From the human T2T-CHM13v2.0 reference genome, Homo sapiens, in assembly GCF_009914755.1 (NCBI RefSeq), contig NC_060939.1: DNA of 64,000 nt; one strand, written 5' to 3'. The stretch's first letter is position 1; each line of letters starts with the position of its first letter. Positions 27,601 to 41,410 of the stretch are shown in pieces. Made by a program: the position numbers and the translations under genes. The notes below the pieces were generated by a model. It was not told where the DNA came from and did no database searches. It was given only the letters and a program-made list of their open reading frames with translations.

Positions 27601-30600
27601 ATTCCATTTGAGTCCATTCCATTCGATGCCATTCCATTTGATTCTATTCCATTAGTCTCCATTCAATTCCATTAATCTCCATTCCATTCCATTCTACTCC
27701 AACTGATTCCATTCCATTCTATTCCTTTCCATTCCATTTCATTCCATTCCATTCCATTTCATTCCATTCCATTCCATTCGCTTCCATTCCATTCGTGTCC
27801 ATTCCACTCCAGTCCATTCCATTCGTGTCCATTCCATTCCAGTCCATTCCATTTGTGTCCACTGCATTCCATTCCACTCCATTCCATATTATTCCATTAC
27901 ACTCCATTCCATTCTATTACTTTCATTTCCATTCAATTCCATTCCATTTGATTCCATTCCACTCGGTTTCATTCCATTTGAGTCCACTCCATTCCATTCC
28001 ATTCCATTCCATTCAGTTCCATTCCATTCCATTCCATTCCATTCCGTTCCATTGCATTCCATTGCATTCGGTACCATTCCATATTGTTCCATTCGATTCC
28101 ATTCGAATCCATTCCATTCCAGTCCATTCCATTCGATTCCATTCCATTCCTTTCAATTCCATTCCATTCCATTCCATTCCACTTGATTCCACTCCATTCC
28201 CTTCCACTGCATTCCATTCGATTCCATTCCATTGCATTGCATTCCATTCCATTGGACTGCATTCCATTCGATTCCATTCCATTCGAATCAATTACATAGC
28301 AATCCATTACATTCGAGTCTATTCTATTCCGTTCCATTCGATTTCGTTCCAATCCATTCGATTCCATTCCATTCGATTCCATTCCATACTATTGCATTCC
28401 ATTCTATCACATTATATTCGAATAAGTTCCATTCAAGACCATTTCTTTTGAGTCCATTCTATTTGAGTCCATTCCCTTTGATTCCATAACATTTGAGTCC
28501 ATTCAATTCCATTCCTTTCGTTTGCATTCCATTTGATGCCATTCCATTCAATTCTGTTCTACTCGACTCCAATACATTCAATTCCATTCCATCCGATTCC
28601 ATTACATTCTTTTCATTTCTTATCCATTTCAAGCCATTCCACTCCATTCCATTCCACTCGTTTCCTTTCCATTCGAGTCCATTCCTCTCCAGTCCATTCC
28701 GTTCAATCCATTCCATTCCAGTCCATTCCATTCGAGTCCGTTCCATTCCAGTCCATTCCATTCGAGTCAATTCCATTCCATTCGATGTCTTTCCATAACG
28801 ATCCATTCCATTCTATTCCTTTCGATTCCATTCCATTCTATTTCATTCCATTCGATTCCCTTCCATTGGACTCCTTTCCATTCGAGTGCATTCCATTCCG
28901 TTCCATTTCTTTCCGTTCTGTACGATTCCTACCGTTCGATTTCATTTTGTTCCAGTCCATTCCTTTCGCGTCCATTCCATTCCATTTCACTCCATTCGAT
29001 TCCATTCCACTCGATTCCACTTCGTTCCATTTCATTGCATTCCATTCTATTCAACTCTATTGCCTTCCATTCCATTCCATTCGATTACATTCCATGCGAT
29101 TCCATTCGAAATCGAATCAATTACATTGCAATCCATTACTATTGAGTCCGTTTTATTCCAGTCCACTGCATTCTGGTCCATTCCATTTGATTCCATTCCA
29201 TTTTATTCCCTTCCATACAGTTGCATTCCATTGGATTCCATGCTATATCTATAAATTCAATTCGAGACCATTGCTTTTGAGTCCATTCTATATGATTCCA
29301 TTCCATTCAAGTCCATTACATTTGGTTCAATTCCATTCCATTCCATTCCCTTCCATTCCATTCCAGTTGATATCAATCCATTCGATTCCATTCCATTAGA
29401 GCACATTCCATTCGAGTCCATTCCATTCGATGCCATTCCATTTGATTCTATTCCATTAGTCTCCATTCAATTCCATTAATCTCCATTCCATTCCATTCTA
29501 CTCCAACTGATTCCATTCCATTCTATTCCTTTCCATTCCATTTCATTCCATTCCACTCCATTTCATTCCATTCCATTCCATTCGTGTCCATTCCACTCCA
29601 GTCCATTCCATTCGTTTCCATTCCATTCCAGTCCATTCCATTTGTGTCCACTGCATTCCATTCCACTCCATTCCATATTATTCCATTACACTCCATTCCA
29701 TTCTATTACTTTCATTTCCATTCAATTCCATTCCATTTGATTCCATTCCACTCGGGTTCATTCCATTTGAGTCCACTCCATTCCATTCCATTCCATTCCA
29801 TTCAGTTCCATTCCATTCTGTTCCATTCCATTCCGTTCCATTACATTCCATTCCATTCGTTACCATTCCATATTGTTCCATTCTATTCCATTCGAATCCA
29901 TTCCATTCCAGTCCATTCCATTCGATTCCATTCCATTCATTTCAATTCCATTCCATTCCATTCCATTACATTCCACTTGATTCCTCTCCATTCCCTTCCA
30001 CTGCATTCCGTTCGATTCCATTCCATTGCATTGCATTCCATTCCATTGGATTGCATTCCATTCGATTCCATTCCATGCGAATCAATTACATAGCAATCCA
30101 TTACATTCGAGTCTATTCTATTCCGTTCCATTCGATTTCGTTCCAATCCATTCGATTCCATTCCATTCGATTCCATTCCATACTATTGCATTCCATTCGA
30201 TTACATTATATTCAAATAAGTTCCATTCAAGACCATTTCTTTTGAGTCCATTCTATTTGAGTCCATTCCCTTTGATTCCATAACATTTGAGTCCATTCAA
30301 TTCCATTCCTTTCGTTTCCATTCCATTTGATGCCATTCCATTCAATTCTGTTCTACTCGACTCCAATACATTCAATTCCATTCCATCCGATTCCATTACA
30401 TTCTTTTCATTTCTTATCCATTTCAAGCCATTCCACTCCACTCCATTCCACTCGTTTCCTTTCCATTCGAGTCCATTCCTCTCCAGTCCATTCCGTTCAA
30501 TCCATTCCATTCCAGTCCATTCCATTCGAGTCCGTTCCATTCCAGTCCAATCCATTCGAGTCAATTCCATCCCATTCGATGTCTTTCCATAACGATCCAT

Positions 30601-33110
30601 TCCATTCTATTCCTTTCGATTCCATTCCATTCTATTTCATTCCATTCGATTCCCTTCCATTGGACTCCTTTCCATTCGAGTGCATTCCATTCCGTTCCAT
30701 TTCTTTCCGTTCTGTACGATTCCTACCGTTCGATTTCATTTTGTTCCAGTCCATTCCTTTCGCGTCCATTCCATTCCATTTCACTCCATTCGATTCCATT
30801 CCACTCGATTCCACTTCGTTCCATTTCATTGCATTCCATTCTATTTAACTCTATTGCCTTCCATTCCATTCCATTCGATTACATTCCATGCGATTCCATT
30901 CGAAATCGAATCAATTACATTGCAATCCATTACTATTGCGTCCATTTTATTCCAGTCCACTGCATTCTGGTCCATTCCATTTGATTCCATTCCATTCTAT
31001 TCCATTCCATACAGTTGCATTCCATTGGATTCCATTCTATATCTATAAATTCAATTCGAAACCATTGCTTTTGAGTCCATTCTATATGATTCCATTCCAT
31101 TCAAGTCCATTACATTTGGTTCAATTCCATTCCATTCCATTCCCTTCCATTCCATTCCAGTTGATATCAATCCATTCGATTCCATTCCATTCGAGCACAT
31201 TCCATTCGAGTCCATTCCATTCGATGCCATTCCATTTGATTCTATTCCTTTAGTCTCCATTCAATTCCATTAATCTCCATTCCATTCCATTCTACTCCAA
31301 CTGATTCCATTCCATTCTATTCCTTTCCATTCCATTTCATTCCATTCCATTCCATTTCATTCCATTCCATTCCATTCGCTTCCATTCCATTCGTGTCCAT
31401 TCCACTCCAGTCCATTCCATTCGTGTCCATTCCATTCCAGTCCATTCCATTTGTGTCCACTGCATTCCATTCCACTCCATTCCATATTATTCCGTTACAC
31501 TGCATTCCATTCTATTACTTTCATTTCCATTCAATTCCATTCCATTTGATTCCATTCCACTCGGTTTCATTCCATTTGAGTCCACTCCATTCCATTCCAT
31601 TCCATTCCATTCCATTCAGTTCCATTCCATTCTGTTCCATTCCATTCCGTTCCATTACATTCCATTCCATTCGGTACCATTCCATATTTTTCCATTCGAT
31701 TCCATTCGAATCCATTCCATTCCAGTCCATTCCATTCGATTCCATTCCATTCCTTTCAATTCCATTCCATTCCATTCCATTCCACTTGATTCCACTCCAT
31801 TCCCTTCCACTGCATTCCATTCGATTCCATTCCATTGCATTGCATTCCATTCCAGTGGACTGCATTCCATTCGATTCCATTCCATTCGAATCAATTACAT
31901 AGCAATCCATTACATTCGAGTCTATTCTATTCCGTTCCATTCGATTTCCTTCCAATCCATTGGATTCCATTCCATTCGATTCCATTCCATACTATTGCAT
32001 TCCATTCTATTACATTATATTCGAATAAGTTCCATTCAAGACCATTTCTTTTGAGTCCATTCTATTTGAGTCCATTCCCTTTGATTCCATAACATTTGAG
32101 TCCATTCAATTCCATTCCTTTCGTTTGCATTCCATTTGATGCCATTCCATTCAATTCTGTTCTACTCGACTCCAATACATTCAATTCCATTCCATCCGAT
32201 TCCATTACATTCTTTTCATTTCTTATCCATTTCAAGCCATTGCACTCCATTCCATTCCACCCGTTTCCTTTCCATTCGTGTCCATTCCTCTCCAGTCCAT
32301 TCCGTTCAATCCATTCCATTCCAGTCCATTCCATTCGAGTCCGTTCCATTCCAGTCCATTCCATTCGAGTCAATTCCATTCCATTCGATGTCTTTCCATA
32401 ACGATCCATTCCATTCTATTCCTTTCGATTCCATTCCATTCTATTTCATTCCATTCGATTCCCTTCCATTGGACTCCTTTCCATTCGAGTGCATTCCATT
32501 CCGTTCCATTTCTTTCCGTTCTGTACGATTCCTACCGTTGGATTTCATTTTGTTCCAGTCCATTCCTTTCGCGTCCATTCCATTCCATTTCACTCCATTC
32601 GATTCCATTCCACTCGATTCCACTTCGTTCCATTTCATTGCATTCCATTCTATTCAACTCTATTGCCTTCCATTCCATTCCATTCGATTACATTCCATGC
32701 GATTCCATTCGAAATCGAATCAATTACATTGCAATCCATTACTATTGAGTCCATTTTATTCCAGTCCACTGCATTCTGGTCCATTCCATTTGATTCCATT
32801 CCATTCTATTCCATTCCATACAGTTGCATTCCATTGGATTCCATGCTATATCTATAAATTCAATTCGAGACCATTGCTTTTGAGTCCATTCTATATGATT
32901 CCATTCCATTCAAATCCATTACATTTGGTTCAATTCCATTCCATTCCATTCCCTTCCATTCCATTCCATTTGATATCAATCCATTCGATTCCATTCCATT
33001 CGAGCACATTCCATTCGAGTCCATTCCATTCGATGCCATTCCATTTGATTCTATTCCATTAGTCTCCATTCAATTCCATTAATCTCCATTCCATTCCATT
33101 CTACTCCAAC

Positions 33111-35610
33111 TGATGCCAATCCATTCTATTCCTTTCCATTCCATTTCATTCCATTCCATTCCATTTCATTCCATTCCATTCCATTCGTGTCCATTCCACT
33201 CCAGTCCATTCCATTCGTGTCCATTCCATTCCAGTCCATTCCATTTGTGTCCACTGCCTTCCATTCCACTCCATTCCATATTATTCCATTACACTCCATT
33301 CCATTCTATTACTTTCATTTCCATTCAATTCCATTCCATTTGATTCCATTCCACTCGGTTTCATTCCATTTGAGTCCACTCCATTCCATTCCATTCCATT
33401 CCATTCAGTTAAATTCCATTCTGTTCCATTCCATTCCGTTCCATTACATTCCATTCCATTCGGTACCATTCCATATTGTTCCATTCGATTCCATTCGAAT
33501 CCATTCCATTCCAGTCCATTCCATTCGATTCCATTCCATTCATTTCAATTCCATTCCATTCCATTCCATTACATTCCACTTGATTCCTCTCCATTCCCTT
33601 CCACTGCATTCCGTTCGATTCCATTCCATTGCATTGCATTCAATTCCATTGGATTGCATTCCATTCGATTCCATTCCATTCGAATCAATTACATAGCAAT
33701 CCATTACATTCGAGTCTATTCTATTCCGTTCCATTCGATTTCGTTCCAATCCATTCGATTCCATTCCATTCGATTCCATTCCATACTATTGCATTCCATT
33801 CGATTTCATTATATTCGAATAAGTTCCATTCAAGACCATTTCTTTTGAGTCCATTCTATTTGAGTCCATTCCCTTTGATTCCATAACATTTGAGTCCATT
33901 CAATTCCATTCCTTTCGTTTCCATTCCATTTGATGCCATTCCATTCAATTCTGTTCTACTCGACTCCAATACATTCAATTCCATTCCATCCGATTCCATT
34001 ACATTCTTTTCATTTCTTATCCATTTCAAGCCATTCCACTCCATTCCATTCCACTCGTTTCCTTTCCATTCGAGTCCATTCCTCTCCAGTCCATTCCGTT
34101 CAATCCATTCCATTCCAGTCCATTCCATTCGAGTCCGTTCCATTCCAGTCCATTCCATTCGAGTCAATTCCATTCCATTCGATGTCTTTCCATAACGATC
34201 CATTCCATTCTATTCCTTTCGATTCCATTCCATTCTATTTCATTCCATTCGATTCCCTTCCATTGGACTCCTTTCCATTCGAGTGCATTCCATTCCGTTC
34301 CATTTCTTTCCGTTCTGTACGATTCCTACCGTTCGATTTCATTTTGTTCCAGTCCATTCCTTTCGCGTCCATTCCATTCCATTTCACTCCATTCGATTCC
34401 ATTCCACTCGATTCCACTTCGTTCCATTTCATTGCATTCCATTCTATTCAACTCTATTGCCTTCCATTCCATTCCATTCGATTACATTCCATGCGATTCC
34501 ATTCGAAATCGAATCAATTACATTGCAATCCATTACTATTGAGTCCATTTTATTCCAGTCCACTGCATTCTGGTCCATTCCATTTGATTCCATTCCATTC
34601 TATTCCATTCCATACAGTTGCATTCCATTGGATTCCATTCTATATCTATAAATTCAATTCGAGACCATTGCTTTTGAATCCATTCTATATGATTCCATTC
34701 CATTCAAGTCCATTACATTTGGTTCAATTCCATTCCATTCCATTCCCTTCCATTCCATTCCAGTTGATATCAATCCATTCGATTCCATTCCATTCGAGCA
34801 CATTCCATTTGAGTCCATTCCATTCGATGCCATTCCATTTGATTCTATTCCATTAGTCTCCATTCAATTCCATTAATCTCCATTCCATTCCATTCTACTC
34901 CAACTGATGCCAATCCATTCTATTCCTTTCCATTCCATTTCATTCCATTCCATTCCATTTCATTCCATTCCATTCCATTCGTGTCCATTCCACTCCAGTC
35001 CATTCCATTCGTGTCCATTCCATTCCAGTCCATTCCATTTGTGTCCACTGCCTTCCATTCCACTCCATTCCATATTATTCCATTACACTCCATTCCATTC
35101 TATTACTTTCATTTCCATTCAATTCCATTCCATTTGATTCCATTCCACTCGGTTTCATTCCATTTGAGTCCACTCCATTCCATTCCATTCCATTCCATTC
35201 AGTTAAATTCCATTCTGTTCCATTCCATTCCGTTCCATTACATTCCATTCCATTCGGTACCATTCCATATTGTTCCATTCGATTCCATTCAAATCCATTC
35301 CATTCCAGTCCATTCCATTCGATTCCATTCCATTCATTTCAATTCCATTCCATTCCATTCCATTACATTCCACTTGATTCCTCTCCATTCCCTTCCACTG
35401 CATTCCGTTCGATTCCATTCCATTGCATTGCATTCCATTCCATTGGATTGCATTTCATTCGATTCCATTCCATTCGAATCAATTACATAGCAATCCATTA
35501 CATTCGAGTCTATTCTATTCCGTTCCATTCGATTTCGTTCCAATCCATTCGATTCCATTCCATTCGATTCCATTCCATACTATTGCATTCCATTCGATTT
35601 CATTATATTC
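33111..35610 (+). repeat. Recent single-unit tandem duplication, offset 1794 bp
   Basis: tgatgccaat 33111/34905, gcctt 33256/35050, cagttaaatt 33406/35200, cgatttcattatatt 33801/35595. Confidence 0.87.
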
Positions 35611-38600
35611 GAATAAGTTCCATTCAAGACCATTTCTTTTGAGTCCATTCTATTTGAGTCCATTCCCTTTGATTCCATAACATTTGAGTCCATTCAATTC
35701 CATTCCTTTCGTTTCCATTCCATTTGATGCCATTCCATTCAATTCTGTTCTACTCGACTCCAATACATTCAATTCCATTCCATCCGATTCCATTACATTC
35801 TTTTCATTTCTTATCCATTTCAAGCCATTCCACTCCATTCCATTCCACTCGTTTCCTTTCCATTCGAGTCCATTCCTCTCCAGTCCATTCCGTTCAATCC
35901 ATTCCATTCCAGTCCATTCCATTCGAGTCCGTTCCATTCCAGTCCATTCCATTCGAGTCAATTCCATTCCATTCGATGTCTTTCCATAACGATCCATTCC
36001 ATTCTATTCCTTTCGATTCCATTCCATTCTATTTCATTCCATTCGATTCCCTTCCATTGGACTCCTTTCCATTCGAGTGCATTCCATTCCGTTCCATTTC
36101 TTTCCGTTCTGTACGATTCCTACCGTTCGATTTCATTTTGTTCCAGTCCATTCCTTTCGCGTCCATTCCATTCCATTTCACTCCATTCGATTCCATTCCA
36201 CTCGATTCCACTTCGTTCCATTTCATTGCATTCCATTCTATTCAACTCTATTGCCTTCCATTCCATTCCATTCGATTACATTCCATGCGATTCCATTCGA
36301 AATCGAATCAATTACATTGCAATCCATTACTATTGAGTCCGTTTTATTCCAGTCCACTGCATTCTGGTCCATTCCATTTGATTCCATTCCATTCTATTCC
36401 ATTCCATACAGTTGCATTCCATTGGATTCCATTCTATATCTATAAATTCAATACGAGACCATTGCTTTTGAGTCCATTCTATATGATTCCATTCCTTTCA
36501 AGTCCATTACATTTGGTTCAATTCCATTCCTTTTCATTCCCTTCCATTCCATTCCAGTTGATATCAATCCATTCGATTCCATTCCATTCGAGCACATTCC
36601 ATTCGAGTCCATTCCATTCGATGCCATTCCATTTGATTCTATTCCATTAGTCTCCATTCAATTCCATTAATCTCCATTCCATTCCATTCTACTCCAACTG
36701 ATTCCATTCCATTCTATTCCTTTCCATTCCATTTCATTCCATTCCATTCCATTTCATTCCATTCCATTCCATTCGCTTCCATTCCATTCGTGTCCATTCC
36801 ACTCCAGTCCATTCCATTCGTGTCCATTCCATTCCAGTCCATTCCATTTGTGTCCACTGCATTCCATTCCACTCCATTCCATATTATTCCATTACACTCC
36901 ATTCCATTCTATTACTTTCATTTCCATTCAATTCCATTCCATTTGATTCCATTCCACTCGGTTTCATTCCATTTGAGTCCACTCCATTCCATTCCATTCC
37001 ATTCCATTCAGTTCCATTCTAATCTGTTCCATTCCATTCCGTTCCATTGCATTCCATTCCATTCGGTACCATTCCATATTGTTCCATTCGATTCCATTCG
37101 AATCCATTCCATTCCAGTCCATTCCATTCGATTCCATTCCATTCCTTTCCATTCCATTCCATTCCATTCCATTCCACTTGATTCCACTCCATTCCCTTCC
37201 ACTGCATTCCATTCGATTCCATTCCATTGCATTGCATTCCATTCCATTGGACTGCATTCCATTCGATTCCATTCCACTCGAATCAATTACTTAGCAATCC
37301 ATTACATTCGAGTCTATTCTATTCCGTTCCATTCGATTTCGTTCCAATCCATTCGATTCCATTCCATACTATTGCATTCCATTCGATTACATTATATTCG
37401 AATAAGTTCCATTCAAGACCATTTCTTTTGAGTCCATTCTATTTGAGTCCATTCCCTTTGATTCCATAACATTTGAGTCCATTCAATTCCATTCCTTTCG
37501 TTTCCATTCCATTTGATGCCATTCCATTCAATTCTGTTCTACTCGACTCCAATACATTCAATTCCATTCCATCCGATTCCATTACATTCTTTTCATTTCT
37601 TATCCATTTCAAGCCATTCCACTCCATTCCATTCCACTCGTTTCCTTTCCATTCGAGTCCATTCCTCTCCAGTCCATTCCGTTCAATCCATTCCATTCCA
37701 GTCCATTCCATTCGAGTCCGTTCCATTCCAGTCCATTCCATTCGAGTCAATTCCATTCCATTCGATGTCTTTCCATAACGATCCATTCCATTCTATTCCT
37801 TTCGATTCCATTCCATTCTATTTCATTCCATTCGATTCCCTTCCATTGGAATCCTTTCCATTCGAGTGCATTCCATTCCGTTCCATTTCTTACCGTTCTG
37901 TACGATTCCTACCGTTCGATTTCATTTTGTTCCAGTCCATTATTTTCGCGTCCATTCCATTCCATTTCACTCCATTCGATTCCATTCCACTCGATTCCAC
38001 TTCGTTCCATTTCATTGCATTCCATTCTATTCAACTCTATTGCCTTCCATTCCATTCCATTCGATTACATTCCATGCGATTCCATTCGAAATCGAATCAA
38101 TTACATTGCAATCCATTACTATTGAGTCCATTTTATTCCAGTCCACTGCATTCTGGTCCATTCCATTTGATTCCATTACATTCTATTCCATTCCATACAG
38201 TTGCATTCCATTGGATTCCATTCTATATCTATAAATTCAATTCGAGACCATTGCTTTTGAATCCATTCTATATGATTCCATTCCATTCAAGTCCATTACA
38301 TTTGGTTCAATTCCATTCCATTCCATTCCCTTCCATTCCATTCCAGTTGATATCAATCCATTCGATTCCATTCCATTCGAGCACATTCCATTTGAGTCCA
38401 TTCCATTCGATGCCATTCCATTTGATTCTATTCCATTAGTCTCCATTCAATTCCATTAATCTCCATTCCATTCCATTCTACTCCAACTGATTCCATTCCA
38501 TTCTATTCCTTTCCATTCCATTTCATTCCATTCCATTCCATTTCATTCCATTCCATTCCATTCGCTTCCATTCCATTCGTGTCCATTCCACTCCAGTCCA

Positions 38601-41410
38601 TTCCATTCGTGTCCATTCCATTCCAGTCCATTCCATTTGTGTCCACTGCATTCCATTCCACTCCATTCCATATTATTCCATTACACTCCATTCCATTCTA
38701 TTACTTTCATTTCCATTCAATTCCATTCCATTTGATTCCATTCCACTCGGTTTCATTCCATTTGAGTCCACTCCATTCCATTCCATTCCATTCCATTCAG
38801 TTCCATTCCATTCCGTTCCATTGCATTCCATTCCATTCGGTACCATTCCATATTGTTCCATTCGATTCCATTCGAATCCATTCCATTCCAATCCATTCCA
38901 TTCGATTCCATTCCATTCCTTTCAATTCCATTCCATTCCATTCCATTCCACTTGATTCCACTCCATTCCCTTCCACTGCATTCCATTCGATTCCATTCCA
39001 TTGCATTGCATTCCATTCCATTGGACTGCATTCCATTCGATTCCATTCCATTCGAATCAATTACATAGCAATCCATTACATTCGAGTCTATTCTATTCCG
39101 TTCCATTCGATTTCGTTCCAATCCATTCGATTCCATTCCATTCGATTCCATTCCATACTATTGCATTCCATTCTATTACATTATATTCGAATAAGTTCCA
39201 TTCAAGACCATTTCTTTTGAGTCCATTCTATTTGAGTCCATTCCCTTTGATTCCATAACATTTGAGTCCATTCAATTCCATTCCTTTCGTTTGCATTCCA
39301 TTTGATGCCATTCCATTCAATTCTGTTCTACTCGACTCCAATACATTCAATTCCATTCCATCCGATTCCATTACATTCTTTTCATTTCTTATCCATTTCA
39401 AGCCATTCCACTCCATTCCATTCCACTGGTTTCCTTTCCATTCGAGTCCATTCCTCTCCAGTCCATTCCGTTCAATCCATTCCATTCCAGTATATTCCAT
39501 TCGAGTCCTTTCCATTCCAGTCCATTCCATTCGAGTCAATTCCATTCCATTCGATGTCTTTCCATAACGATCCATTCCATTCTATTCCTTTCGATTCCAT
39601 TCCATTCTATTTCATTCCATTCGATTCCCTTCCATTGGACTCCTTTCCATTCGAGTGCATTCCATTCCGTTCCATTTCTTTCCGTTCTGTACGATTCCTA
39701 CCGTTCGATTTCATTTTGTTCCAGTCCATTCCTTTCGCGTCCATTCCATTCCATTTCACTCCATTCGATTCCATTCCACTCGATTCCACTTCGTTCCATT
39801 TCATTGCATTCCATTCTATTCAACTCTATTGCCTTCCATTCCATTCCATTCGATTACATTCCATGCGATTCCATTCGAAATCGAATCAATTACATTGCAA
39901 TCCATTACTATTGAGTCTGTTTTATTCCAGTCCACTGCATTCTGGTCCATTCCATTTGATTCCATTCCATTTTATTCCATTCCATACAGTTGCATTCCAT
40001 TGGATTCCATGCTATATCTATAAATTCAATTCGAGACCATTGCTTTTGAGTCCATTCTATATGATTCCATTCCATTCAAGTCCATTACATTTGGTTCAAT
40101 TCCATTCCATTCCATTCCCTTCCATTCCATTCCAGTTGATATCAATCCATTCGATTCCATTCCATTCGAGCACATTCCATTCGAGTCCATTCCATTCGAT
40201 GCCATTCCATTTGATTCTATTCCATTAGTCTCCATTCAATTCCATTAATCTCCATTCCATTCCATTCTACTCCAACTGATTCCATTCCATTCTATTCCTT
40301 TCCATTCCATTTCATTCCATTCCATTCCATTTCATTCCATTCCATTCCATTCGTGTCCATTCCACTCCAGTCCATTCCATTCGTGTCCATTCCATTCCAG
40401 TCCATTCCATTTGTGTCCACTGCATTCCATTCCACTCCATTCCATATTATTCCATTACATTCCATTCCATTCTATTACTTTCATTTCCATTCAATTCCAT
40501 TCCATTTGATTCCATTCCACTCGGTTTCATTCCATTTGAGTCCAATCCATTCCATTCCATTCCATTCCATTCAGTTCCATTCCATTCTCTTCCATTCCAT
40601 TCCGTTCCATTACATTCCATTCCATTCGGTACCATTCCATATTGTTCCATTCGATTCCATTCGAATCCATTCCATTCCAGTCCATTCCATTCGATTCCAT
40701 TCCATTCATTTCAATTCCATTCCATTCCATTCCATTACATTCCACTTGATTCCTCTCCATTCCCTTCCACTGCATTCCGTTCGATTCCATTCCATTGCAT
40801 TGCATTCCATTCCATTGGATTGCATTCCATTCGATTCCATTCCATTCGAATCAATTACATAGCAATCCATTACATTCGAGTCTATTCTATTCCGTTCCAT
40901 TCGATTTCGTTCCAATCCATTCGATTCCATTCCATTCGATTCCATTCCATACTATTGCATTCCATTCGATTACATTATATTCGAATAAGTTCCATTCAAG
41001 ACCATTTCTTTTGAGTCCATTCTATTTGAGTCCATTCCCTTTGATTCCATAACATTTGAGTCCATTCAATTCCATTCCTTTCGTTTCCATTCCATTTGAT
41101 GCCATTCCATTCAATTCTGTTCTACTCGACTCCAATACATTCAATTCCATTCCATCCGATTCCATTACATTCTTTTCATTTCTTATCCATTTCAAGCCAT
41201 TCCACTCCATTCCATTCCACTCGTTTCCTTTCCATTCGAGTCCATTCCTCTCCAGTCCATTCCGTTCAATCCATTCCATTCCAGTCCATTCCATTCGAGT
41301 CCGTTCCATTCCAGTCCATTCCATTCGAGTCAATTCCATTCCATTCGATGTCTTTCCATAACGATCCATTCCATTCTATTCCTTTCGATTCCATTCCATT
41401 CTATTTCATT

